Assembly (NCBI GenBank): GCA_964016885.1
Contig: OZ024742.1
Location: 316,076,001 to 316,140,000, forward strand
From: Eledone cirrhosa
Lineage: Eukaryota
Length of the DNA: 64,000 nt
Reading direction: 5' to 3'
Within the stretch, counting starts at the first letter, position 1, and each line of letters starts with the position of its first letter. Below, piece by piece: positions 24,827 through 37,439 of the stretch. The position numbers were made by a program, and so were the translations under genes. The notes beneath the pieces are model-generated. The model was not told the DNA's origin. It worked only from the letters and a program-made list of their open reading frames with translations, and ran no database searches.

Positions 24827-27795
24827 GACTCGTTAGTTTTTAGTAAAGAATTAGCGTTAAATAGAAATAGGACCGGGAAGGAACTGATAGATAAAGTAGA
24901 AGAGGCAATTAGAAGTGGCAACGTAGCCAGCGTACTAGCAACGAGAACGGCCTTGGACCAGTTCTTCGACGCAAAGCACGAGGGCTGCGTTGTCAGAAGC
25001 AAAATACGTGCTCTGGGTAACGAGGGAGCCAAAGCTGTTAGCTGGGCCCGGGTGACGGAGGCGAAAAGTGGCAACAGTCCTTGATTCGGTATTTGAAGGA
25101 CCAAGACGGACGCGTGTTACGTGAGCCGAAGCAGATGTGCGCGGCCTTTCAGCGGCACTTTGCTCAGCTGTTCGGGCAGGGCGGCGCGCCGGGAGGGGCT
25201 ATGGATTTCGGTCCATACCTCGACGGCCTACCGCGATTCTCGGACAGTGAGGCGAAGTTCTGCGAAATGCCGATTTCAGCCGCTGAGATAGGGGACGCGC
25301 TGAGCCAATGCGGCAAACGCAAAGCTCCAGGTCTCGACAGTCTACCCAACAAATTTTACGTAGCATTGTCGGACTTGTTCTCCGGTCGCCTGGAAGCGGC
25401 TTACTGCAACTGGCAGCAGAACGGGAGAATTCCCAGTTCTGTGACCAGGGGTGTAGTCACACTAGTCAGGAAGGACGAGAGTAAGGGGGGATGACATAGG
25501 CAATTTCCCGCCCATAACTCTGCGAAACACAGAGTTACAGATTTTAGCCAAGGTGTTGGCAAAGAGGCTGGCGCTTGTCGTCGAAAACCTGGTGGGAGAA
25601 GCGCAGATATGCGCAATCCCGACCAGGTCCATACACGACAACCTCCACCTCATGCGATACATCATAGAGAGGGTAGGGTGTAAACCCGGCTTCGGTGGGG
25701 CCCTGATCAACTTGGATCAGTCTAAGGCTTTCGATAGGGTTGACCATCGTTACCTGGATGCGGTGCTCGAGGAGGCAGGATTCTGACCTGTGTTCAGAAG
25801 CTGGATTTCTGCAATGCACAACAGCAACATCTGCTCAAGGGTCAAGGTGAACAGCTACCTCTCAGAGCCGTTCCATATCACGCGATCCATCCGACAGGGA
25901 TGCCCTCTCTCTTTCCTTCTGTACGTACTGACTCTCGAGCCACTACTGCGGAAGCTGGACTATTGCAGGGAATCCCTCTGGAAACAGGACTGCGGAAAGC
26001 GGCGTCGGCCTACGCCGACGACGTGAAAGTAATGGTGTCGAGCACCTCGCAAATCGAGGAAGCTGGCCACTTACTGAAGGTATACGAAAGGTTCACAGGG
26101 GCGAAGCTGAATCGGGACAAGTCCATCGGTTTGCAACTCGGATCGTGGAGAGGCAAACCGATGCCTTCCGATGGCGTCGTCGGACACTGGACGGAAGGAC
26201 CGGTAAAGCTGCTCGGGGTCTGGTTTGGTCCGGACCTCCACGTGGAGAAGAACTAGAACGAGGTGACGGCCAAGGTGTTTGCACTCACCCAGAAGTGGGA
26301 TGAGTGCAAGCTATCCTTGAAAGGTCGAGCGGAGGTGGCGAACACTTTTATAGCGTCCGTCATCTACTACCGCTTGACCGTCGTCCCTTGTCCAGCCAAA
26401 ACTCTCACCAAAATGGAGCGCGCGCTCTTCCAATTCCTTTGGAAGAGGCCGGCTCCTTTGGTGAGAAGATCCATCTGCTGCCAACACATTTCAAACGGAG
26501 GGCTGGGGATGCCGTGGCTGACGATGCGCAAACACGCGCTCAGACTGCGGCACCTCCACGTATTCCTCACCGGACAACCGGTGTGGGCCCCGCTCGTGAG
26601 GCGAGCATTCCCATTCGTGAGGCGAGCTGCAGTCCTGGGTCAAGCAAAGACCGAGGAAAATGTGCGACTGGGACATCGAATGTGCTCAGGCGCCCACAGC
26701 CCTCTGTCAGGCGGACCCGGCGATCAGTGGACACTCCACTTCGTCATTCTATAGATGGTTGGTCCGCAGCAAGTGCGACGACGCACTCGGAGAAACTCTA
26801 AGCGTAGAGGAAGATGAACTGGCCAGTCTGTTCGGTAGAACCTTCCGCCTGGGACCGATGGACAACTTCCAAAAGTCCCTGGCCTGGCAGTGCTACCGAG
26901 GAGCTCTACCAGTTCGAGACAAGCTCTACAGACACGGGCGCCCAGGCAGAGACCCTTCGAAAGAGATCTGTCCGAGATGCGCGACGAGGAAACTGTCGCG
27001 CACGAATTTGTACACTGCCCGGGCGTTACCGACCTGTGGGGCTATGTAGAACGTCTATTGTCGCGGGTGGGACCAATCCAGTTGACCACCGAGTCCATTG
27101 TCATAATCAAACCGCCACCCTCCTTCAAAAACGAAGGAGAAGCGGTTTTCCTTTGTGTGATAGCTATGGCGAAAGAGGTTGTATGGTGGACGAGGTTAAA
27201 AGGGCTGAGGTCAGACACCTTTCTCTCCGGCCAACAACTGATTCTTTGTTTCAAATACCACTTTGGAAGAAGAATCAGGATGGAGAGAGAGGTACTGTAC
27301 CCCAGCAAGTTTTATGAAAGGTGGGTGAAAGTGGCGAGAATGGCCCTAGTGAATGGGTCTTCTCTCTATATCAGCCTGTAGGCTGAGGAAAAGGAGGAAG
27401 AGAGGAAGGGGGTACAAACTCTTCGTACTCCTGGAGATGAGAGCTGCACATTTTTTTCGGGGGTATGTGTTACCCTTATGAAATGTCTCCCGCTATTGGG
27501 GAAAATCGCTTAACTTTTAAATTACATTTGTGATAATATTTTACACGTTTTTATTGTATGTAAACTTCCCCCTTTGTATTTGTCCCCTTCTTTTGTGCCC
27601 TTGTGGCTAAGAAAGAAATATATCTGTCTATCTATCTGTCTGTCTGTCTGTTTATCTACCTATCTGTCTGTCTATAATTCCATCCACACACACACATACA
27701 AACACACACACGCACACACATACATACACACATATATGTATACAAATATAAGTGTATGTGTGTGTAATGTGTATACGCGCATGTATATACATATA

Positions 27796-27867
<72 letters not shown>

Positions 27868-29389
27868 GAAGTTATATTTAATTTGTTGGGATTCAACAAG
27901 CTTAAACATTTTTATAACTGATATAAAGCACTCAACAGATTAGTGGAGTAAATACACAATATATTAATAATTGGAAACTATATTTATAAAACCATATTTA
28001 TTTTATTATACATATACAACGGCAACCAAGGCAAATTATGGTGCGTTTTCATCAGATAAAATACAGATTTGTTTTATAAATAAATATTGACATACCCGGA
28101 AAAAAGACAACCTTATCAGTTGGAGCTTTCTGGATAGTGGAGATAGTACATTTATTCAGGGTTATACAAAGTTATGAGTGAGTATGCAAATGAGTGTCCG
28201 AAAGGTTGAAAATAAAACGGTTTATTTAAATTAAACTGTCAGAAGAAGATGATATGTAAGGGAGAGAGAAAAAAGAAAAAAAGAAAAAAGAAAGGAGAAA
28301 GATAGAAGAGGAAAGAAAGAACGATTATATATATTGATAGTAAAGATAGAGTGCATGAAGAAATAAGTTTCAAAGAATAAATATACACAGCGTAAATATA
28401 TCTAAGTGAAAGAAGAAATAAGATTAACGTGGAAGAATAATATTTACGTTTTGATTATAATACTTATAATGATAGGTTGAAGAATTAGATTAAAATTAAA
28501 TTTAAATTATAAATTAGAAATCAAAATTAAAGATTAAAATTTACCTTAATATTAAAGATTTAATTTAATAATTTAATATTAATAATTAGTTTAAATGTGT
28601 ATGTTAAGGATTATAAATTATTTAAATAAATATATAGTATTTTACATTAGAGCAAATCTAGTATAGTTTATTTTATTAAAAGCTGTAAGTCAAAATTTAA
28701 ACATCCAAATAATTCTAAATTTATGAAAAATTTACGAGAGTTTACAAAGGAATAACCACTTAATTATATTATAAAAACAGTAAGGAAGTGTAATGGAAGT
28801 TAGAAGTGATTTTTAAGAACTCAGATGACTCCAAGGATTAAATGTTATAAAGTTAAAAAGTTTAAAATGTTTTATCTTAAGAATATAATTAAAACAAGAA
28901 CCATATGTTATTTTATACGAAGTCATAAATTTACTTGCTATAAAGTTAAAAAATTAAAAAAAAAAATTTTCTTAAGAATATATTTAAAGCATAAACCATA
29001 GGTTATTCCACATATATATAAAAAAAAACTATATATAAAAATCATGTCTTTCCACATATATATAAACATTTGGATATATATATATTAAAAACGTTGGAAG
29101 ATATAAAAATATAAAAATATTGGAAGGTATGAAAATAATGGTTTTACTATATCTTTCAAAGGAATTTTCAAAAGATTTTTCTTAAAACCTTTCGCAAGTT
29201 TTTCAAGAAAAATTTTTCTTAAAGGAGTTTCAAGCAGTCATATAAAAAAATGTTATAATCTATCGATAGGTGTAATAATATAAAGTATATAGTATATATA
29301 TGTTAGGTAGAGATAATAGAAAGTAAATTAAATATATATGAATCATATATAGATATAGAAAACATTATGTAAAGGAGATAAATCATATA

Positions 29390-30570
29390 TTACATTTTAA
29401 ATAAATATTTAAAAGTTGAGTTTAAACGATGTTTGCAGGAACTAAATAAATTATTTCGCAAATTAATAGAGTTCTTACTTTTTAGTATAAAGAATATTTC
29501 TTCAACACAATGTGAGCAGTTTTGGGATAGAGCAGTGTATGAAGGAGCTTTGAAAATAATTTTCCAAAGTAAAGAATAGTTAATATTCTTGGATTTTAAG
29601 TCCCATAATAAGTTAGATAGAGAAGTTGAAGATTTTTTTACCAATATTCGTAAAGGAACATTTATGGTTATTAAAACGAGATTTGAAGTCAGTGGAAGTA
29701 GAGCCGACATAGTTAAAGGAGTTTTCATTTGTTTTGACATTACAATAGTATACTATATTTTTAACTAAACAATTATTATTTAGAGGACAGTTAGATTTAT
29801 TTCTACAATTACATTTATCTGAATTTATATTATTGGGAGCCGTAACATTATATTGGATATTGATAGGGGTATTAATGCTATTCTGGTTAGGTTTTAAGTT
29901 TCTATTATTAATTCTATTAATATTCTGCGCTAAATTCATAATGGTGGAATATGAGCGTTTAATAGTATGTCTATTAAAGATTGAGTAATACCTGTGTGTC
30001 TTAGGAAAGCACTTATCTAGAGCTTTAAAGAATAATTTAGCTATAGGGGTTTTAATACTTAATGAGAAAGGGGGAGCGAACAATAATATATTTCTAGTTC
30101 TATTTTTTCTTTTGGTTTTCGAGTTAGTGCAAGGTTTCCTATTATAATTATATTTATAGTTATGGTTAATTGGCACATCCTTATTGTCAATGTATTTAAT
30201 TTTATTACTATAGCCTGCTCTACCTAACGCTTCGTTATAATATTGAGCCTTATCTTCAAATATATTTTTATTCGCTGAAATTCTAGAAATACGTTGCTGC
30301 ACAGAATTTACAATAGTGTTTTTAACGGATCTGGGGTGATTGGAATTAAAGTTAACATAGTTTAAATTCTTGATTATTTTATGAAATGGATAATAAAGAC
30401 CAGTATTAAGGTTTAAAGTTACATCTAAAAAATTAACTATTTTATAATTATTCTCTACTTCTACTTTAAGATTAACGCTATTAAAAAATTGTATAATTTC
30501 TTTTCTTTTCTTATTTATTTCACAATTATTATTATTTTCAATAAGTAATAGCATATCGTCACGATAAAAA
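29390..30570 (-). pseudogene. PLE RT C-terminal part plus GIY-YIG endonuclease (one frameshift)
   Basis: YRDD, VNFLDVTLNL, YVNFNSNHP, CNCRNKSNCPLNNNCL, IVY..YVGST..FKSRFNNH, CSHCVEE, SSCKH. Confidence 0.92.
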
Positions 30571-32117
30571 ATCTTCAACTTCTCTATCTAACTTATTATG
30601 GGACTTAAAATCCAAGAATATTAACTATTCTTTACTTTGGAAAATTATTTTCAAAGCTCCTTCATACACTGCTCTATCCCAAAACTGCTCACATTGTGTT
30701 GAAGAAATATTCTTTATACTAAAAAGTAAGAACTCTATTAATTTGCGAAATAATTTATTTAGTTCCTGCAAACATCGTTTAAACTCAACTTTTAAATATT
30801 TATTTAAAATGTAAAGTATGATTTATCTCCTTTACATAATGTTTTCTATATCTATATATGATTCATATATATTTAATTTACTTTCTATTATCTCTACCTA
30901 ACATATATATACTATATACTTTATATTATTACACCTATCGATAGATTATAACATTTTTTTATATGACTGCTTGAAACTCCTTTAAGAAAAAATTTTCTTG
31001 AAAAACTTACGAAAGGTTTTAAGAAAAATCTTTTGAAAATTCCTTTGAAAGATATAGAAAAACCATTATTTTCATACCTTCCAATATTTTTATATTTTTA
31101 TATCTTCCAACGTTTTTAATATATATATATCCAAATGTTTATATATATATGGAAAGACATATGATTTTTATATATAGTTTTTGTTTATATATATGTGGAA
31201 TAACCTATAGTTTATGCTTTAAATATATTCTTAAGAAAATTTTTTTTTAAATTTTTTTACTTTATAGCAAGTAAATTTATGACTTCGTATAAAATAACAT
31301 ATGGTTCTTGTTTTAATTATATTCTTAAGATAAAACATTTTAAACTTTTTAACTTTATAACATTTAATCCTTGGAGTCATCTGAGTTCTTAAAAAATCAC
31401 TTCTAACTTTCATTACACTTCCTTACTGTTTTTATAATATAATTAAGTGGTTATTCCTTTGTAAACTCTCGTAAATTTTTCATAAATTTAGAATTATTTG
31501 GATGTTTAAATTTTGACTTACAACTTTTAATAAAATAAACTATACTGGATTTGCTCTAATGTAAAATACTATATATTTATTTAAATAATTTATAATCCTT
31601 AACATACACATTTAAACTAATTATTAATATTAAATTATTAAATTAAATATTAAGGTCAATTTTAATCTTTAATTTTGATTTCTAATTTTTAATTTAAATT
31701 TAATTTTAATCTAATTCTTCAACCTATCATTATAAGTATTATAATCAAAACGTAAATATTATTCTTCCACGTTAATCTTATTTCTTCTTTCACTTAGATA
31801 TACTTACGCTGTGTATATTTATCCTTTGAAACTTATTTCTTCATGTACTCTATCTTTACTATCAATATATATAATCGTTCTTTCTTTCCTCTTCTATCTT
31901 TCTCCTTTCTTTTTTCTTTTTTTCTTTTTTTCTCTCTTCCTTACAGTTTAATTTAAATAAACCGTTATATTTTCAACCTTTCGGACACTCATTTGCATTC
32001 TCACTCATAACTTTGTATCACCCTCAATAAATGTACTATCTCCACAATCCAGGAAGCTCCAACCGTTAAGGTTGTCTTTTTTCCGCGTATGTCAATATTT
32101 ATTTATAAAACAAATCT

Positions 32118-32184
32118 GTATTTTATCTGATGAAAGCACACCATAATTTGCTTTGGTTGCCCTTGAAATATGTATAATAAAATA
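32118..32184 (+). ncRNA. Type I hammerhead ribozyme in the PLE 3' UTR (intact core)
   Basis: TATTTTAT-CTGATGA-stem II (ACCA/TGGT)-GAAA-TATGT-ATA-ATAAAATA. Stem I is extended by ATTTATAAAAC/GTTTTATAAAT. The mirror copy at about 27998-28063 (minus) has GAAA destroyed. Confidence 0.75.
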
Positions 32185-32222
32185 AATATGGTTTTATAAA
32201 TATAGTTTCCATTTATTAATAT

Positions 32223-32293
<71 letters not shown>

Positions 32294-32420
32294 AGAAGCA
32301 AAACATTGCTTATTGTGATCCAGTTCTTGGTTAAGAAATCCAGTTTCATGGATGGTTTCAACGTACGGTTAGCGGTAACTCCACAAGTTTGTAAGAATTC
32401 CGTTCAATCTTGGAGTATAA

Positions 32421-32741
<321 letters not shown>

Positions 32742-32856
32742 ATTTCTGTTTACCCTGTATACACACATATATATATATATTATATATATATATATTATAT
32801 ATATATATATATTATATATATATATATATTATATATATATATATATTATATATATA

Positions 32857-32901
<45 letters not shown>

Positions 32902-32934
32902 ATATATTATATATATATATATATTATATATATA

Positions 32935-33019
<85 letters not shown>

Positions 33020-33126
33020 ATATATATATATATGTGTGTATACAGGGTAAACAGAAATAACAACACAATCGGTACAGTATATGGAAGGAATATATTAGGT
33101 TAACGTTTGATATAGCAGGAAGAGGG

Positions 33127-33162
33127 TCTTAACGTTTCGGACGCTAGTCCTTCATCAGAAGA
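33127..33162 (-). ncRNA. Minimal type I hammerhead ribozyme (intact core) in PLE terminal-repeat fragment 33034-33268
   Basis: TCTT-CTGATGA-A-GGAC-TAGC-GTCC-GAAA-C-GTT-AAGA; stem III region is the palindrome AACGTT. Confidence 0.8.
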
Positions 33163-33347
33163 AAGAATGAGAAATAAGATAGATTGAGGGGACGGGCGGG
33201 ATGGAATTGGAAAAATTGTCTTTAGATGAAAATAACAGGTCCATTCATGTTGACATCCTTTGCAAACATTAGGGTAGTAGAGTGGGCAATAGCAAAATAT
33301 TCAAGACCCAGACGGCAGAGCTGAAGCCGTTTCGACGGCTATTTCTG

Positions 33348-33420
<73 letters not shown>

Positions 33421-34574
33421 TCACCACCATTAACACTTCACCCCTAAGACTTCTCTTCCCCCACAGCTTCATACTCTTTGATCTGCTCTTTCCTCTACAC
33501 AAATCCTATTTATCTCTAACATTATACTCTAGAAATAAACATCTAGTGACCCCCTTATAATATAAATACTTTAGATTACTTATAATATATACAGTAATTG
33601 AAATATAATATCATATGTATAGACATTAAATGTAATATGTGACAATGAATTATATATACATTTATAATTAAATGTATAAATTAATAACATTGTATATAAA
33701 GGATTAATTTATTAACATAAGGGATTTATCTAATTTAACATGTAAACAGCTATACATTATTCCATATATTGCCTAATATTGGGTAGATAACAATCTAATG
33801 AAACATTTAATATATTATGAGAGAGTAGACTGTATTTAAAATTAAATATAAATATATAACATTTTGTATAGGGAATTCAATTGTGGCACTATATAATGTC
33901 TATTAGAGCAAAGAATTTTAATATTATAATGAGCTAGTTACCTCCCCTTTAGGCACTTCCGGATATTAAACCGTTGAAAAATCTCGCTGTAGAACAACTC
34001 TAATCCATGAATATGTATACAGTAAGACCAAGTTACAATCCATTACTATAACTAACTAAAAACATTCAATACAAACATTAACTAAAATATAACTTAACAT
34101 ATGTAATGGATAGGAAATCTGTAACTTTCATATTCTACACATACAAATTTGAACTATACAGAAACTATCCTCGCATTACATCCTCCATAATACACTAACA
34201 TATTATCTTAAAGTGCTTGTATTTTATATAATACCTTGCCATACACTACTCATATATGCCTAATATATTTGCTTGTTTCCTTCACATATATATGACTAAC
34301 GCATGTACAATCTCTACACGCTTCTTCAATGCTTCTTTAATTATTAGACTATTCTCTTGTATTATCTGTCGCATGTATTCCACTCCGTGCTTTTAATTTT
34401 AATTTTAATTTTAATTTTAATCTTAATTTGAATTATTGTACAATTCTCGTATAATATATGTCGCATCCATTACACCCAGTAAATACTAAACTGTTGCTCA
34501 CAACATCAATATATATGTATCTATATGATTCTTCAGTTGAATAGGAGGTTAATTATATGTACAAACATTGCTAA

Positions 34575-34620
34575 TGTCCCGATGACTGCAAACTAAAGTT
34601 TAGAAGAAACAATTGTCAGC
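34575..34620 (+). ncRNA. Degenerate hammerhead motif
   Basis: CCGATGA-CTGCAAAC-TAAA-GTTTAGAA-GAAA-CAATT-GTC; palindromic ACAATTGT; one core change; weak stem I. Confidence 0.55.
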
Positions 34621-34657
34621 GATTAAATGATTTGAACATAACTTTGATACTTGTGTA

Positions 34658-34694
<37 letters not shown>

Positions 34695-34927
34695 AGCACA
34701 ATAACAACAAACACATATAAACACACACTAGTAAACATAGAATACATTAACCAATACACAGTCACCCAATCACGAACACACATCAAACAAAACACTATAC
34801 ACACACGCAAACGCATGCGCAAAGAAGACAAAATAAAATAAACAAACAAACAAATAAATAAATAAATAAATAAATATAAATAAACTAAATAAAAATGGCG
34901 TAGAAATACAATGCAGCGGGAGGAAAC

Positions 34928-34983
34928 TATAGCACCACTGACGATGTTGCAGATGTGCAACGAAAGAACTTTGATAAACTATA
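34928..34983 (+). ncRNA. Hammerhead-like motif
   Basis: CTGACGA-T-GTTGCA-GATG-TGCAAC-GAAA with a perfect 6-bp stem II; stems I and III are imperfect. Confidence 0.55.
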
Positions 34984-35339
34984 TATATGTGTTTGTGTCT
35001 ATATTGTATCTGTATGATTTTTGACCGTTGGTCAGTCAATGGCAATATTGAAGACCGAATAAATTAGATTACCGATATAAAAGACATAAGCGAAAAGCGA
35101 AAACCAACCAAACAGTGAGTGTGTTCTGTTATTAATTCTGGCAATATTACACAAATATGACCCTCCCCAAGTATAACAATATTTGTTTCGACACACGATT
35201 TCATATAAAAAAACTCGCAAAACTAATTCATCGCCGTTATATATATATATATATATAACAAAGGAAATGTGGTAAGGAACCAGATGGACCATAACGCACC
35301 AGAGTCCTCAATACTTAGGGTAGTAGAGTGGGAAATAGT

Positions 35340-35455
35340 AAAAAGTATGACCCCGACGGCAAAGCTCAAGCCGTTTCGACGGCTATTTCTGGACTAGATT
35401 AGTCCAGAAATAGCCTTCGAAACGGCTTGAGCTCTGCGTCCGGGTCATACTTTTT
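35340..35455. repeat. Fold-back inverted repeat (about 56-bp arms, 3-nt spacer) containing the 3' half of a hammerhead
   Basis: 35340-35396 versus 35400-35455; GAAA-CGGC-TTGAGCTTT-GCC-GTC; related fragment at 33268-33351. Confidence 0.85.
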
Positions 35456-35525
<70 letters not shown>

Positions 35526-35558
35526 TAAATTAGCGAGAATCGTTTTCAGCTCAGGAAT

Positions 35559-35605
<47 letters not shown>

Positions 35606-36011
35606 TTATCACATACATAAAATTAAATTAAATTAAATCAATGATACATATATGTGTTGCAACTGTTCACTTTTAAGCTCAATGAAGAATTAATAAGTTA
35701 AAATCAAAAAATCAGAGCATTATATCATAAAACATGTCTATAGAATCAATCAGATATTAAAATATATACTATTTCTTCCTCTAATCAGCATAATTAACCA
35801 TATACATAATCAAATCCACCAAGCTTTAAGAGTAAATTTTCTAACGGGGAAATCTCCGACAAATAATTGATCGCAGCCAGTTCGCGTTAACCCCGTTCCA
35901 TTATTTATCAAACACTTCGGCAGCATGCAGAATCCGATCAAACATATCGTCAACCGCACGTAATTAGTAGTAAAATTAAACTTAGAAGAAATGCGCACAT
36001 ACCGTAATTAT

Positions 36012-36090
36012 ATCTCGACCATGGTTTCTTCCTTGTTTAGGACATCCAAATAATATGGACTGTCCCGAGTCAGGATTATCATCAGGAGAC
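36012..36090 (-). ncRNA. Type I hammerhead ribozyme, intact, extended stem II
   Basis: Reverse complement of 36936-37014. Confidence 0.85.
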
Positions 36091-36935
36091 AAACTCAGAA
36101 ATAGACATTTAATTTCTCGGACAGACCCCGCCAAATTTAGATTCAAAAGTGGCTAAGATCGCTATGTAGCTGTGTACCAGCCAGAGAGAAAGCGTGTGAT
36201 TGGTCGCTTACGGAGGGTAGGCATGCTGCTAGAAAGCGCAGCCATATATCGCCAAATTTAATCTCAACCGGGACAGTCCATATTATTTGGATGTCCTAAA
36301 CAAGGAAGAAACCATGGTCGAGATATAATTACGGTATGTGCGCATTTCTTCTAAGTTTAATTTTACTACTAATTACGTGCGGTTGACGATATGTTTGATC
36401 GGATTCTGCATGCTGCCGAAGTCTTTGATAAATAATGGAACGGGGTTAACGCGAACTGGCTGCGATCAATTATTTGTCGGAGATTTCCCAGTTAGAACAT
36501 TTACTCTTAAAGCTTGCTGGATTTGATTATGTATATGGTTAATTATGCTGATTAGAGGAAGAAATAGTATATATTTTAATATCTGATTGATTCTATAGAC
36601 ACGTTTTATGATATAATGCTCTGATTTTTTGATTTTAACTTATTAATTCTTCATTGAGCTTAAAAGTGAACAGTTGCAACACATATATGTATCATTGATT
36701 TAATTTAATTTAATTTTATGTATGTGATAACCTCTATATTTAATAATCTCCCTATCGGTTGAGATTAAATTTGGCGATATATGGCTGCGCTTTCTAGCAG
36801 CATGCCTACCCGCCGTAAGCGACCAATCACACGCTTTCTCTCTGGCTGGTACACAGCTACATAGCGATCTTAGCCATTTTTGAATCTAAATTTGGCGGGG
36901 TCTGTCCGAGAAATTAAATGTCTATTTCTGAGTTT

Positions 36936-37014
36936 GTCTCCTGATGATAATCCTGACTCGGGACAGTCCATATTATTTGGATGTCCTAAACAAGGAAGAA
37001 ACCATGGTCGAGAT
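36936..37014 (+). ncRNA. Type I hammerhead ribozyme, intact, extended stem II
   Basis: GTCTC-CTGATGA-[TAATCCT..GGACA-G-TCCA tattatt TGGA-TGTCC..AGGAA]-GAAA-C-CATG-GTC-GAGAT. Stem III is the palindrome ACCATGGT; predicted cleavage after C37009. Confidence 0.85.
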
Positions 37015-37279
37015 ATAATTACGGTATGTGCGCATTTCTTCTAAGTTTAATTTTACTACTAATTACGTGCGGTTGACGATATGTTTGATCGGATTCTGCA
37101 TGCTGCCGAAGTGTTTGATAAATAATGGAACGGGGTTAACGCGAACTGGCTGCGATCAATTATTTGTCGGAGATTTCCCCGTTAGAAAATTTACTCTTAA
37201 AGCTTGCTGGATTTGATTATGTATATGGTTAATTATGCTGATTAGAGGAAGAAATAGTATATATTTTAATATCTGATTG

Positions 37280-37323
<44 letters not shown>

Positions 37324-37439
37324 CGTGCGTGGGTGTGTATATATATATATTTATATATGAATGTGTAATGTGTATGTATGTCTGTCTGTCTGTATGTATG
37401 TATGTATATATGGTAACATGTATGTATGTATGTATATAT

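Larger units (their letters stand above)
22824..27620 (+). mobile_element. 5'-truncated Tx1 copy D, interrupted by a Gypsy insertion
   Basis: Begins in the APE domain (RSYLDRVL..YSDHK) and resumes at about 24831. Retains AYADDV at about 26010 but has many frameshifts and stops. Ends in TATC/TGTC repeats. Confidence 0.92.
27845..32227 (-). mobile_element. 5'-truncated Penelope-like element (Naiad-like) with 1.65-kb inverted duplication of its 3' part
   Basis: 27956-29639 is the reverse complement of 30566-32227. The loop encodes PLE protein, and (TA)n lies on both sides. Confidence 0.9.
35603..37287 (+). mobile_element. Retrozyme-like non-coding element: 690-bp monomer, about 1.5 direct copies preceded by about 1 inverted copy
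   Basis: 36269-36597 recurs at 36959-37287 (period 690). 35603-36270 is the reverse complement of almost a whole monomer. One hammerhead per monomer; (TA)n on both sides. Confidence 0.8.

Noticed and set aside
10905-27620. Tx1 array as an assembly or segmental tandem duplication
   Set aside because: The copies have different UTRs, diverged ORF1s, different truncation points and private lesions.
29390-30570. Selenoprotein-type Naiad PLE (UGA at conserved Cys, SECIS in the 3' UTR)
   Set aside because: The conserved Cys positions (CNC..CPL..C, C..C) are ordinary Cys codons with no in-frame TGA, and I saw no SECIS.
35810-37216. Thrice-repeated 62-aa ORF MRISSKFNFTTNY
   Set aside because: It has a GTG start and no motif, and it is repeated only because the monomer is repeated.
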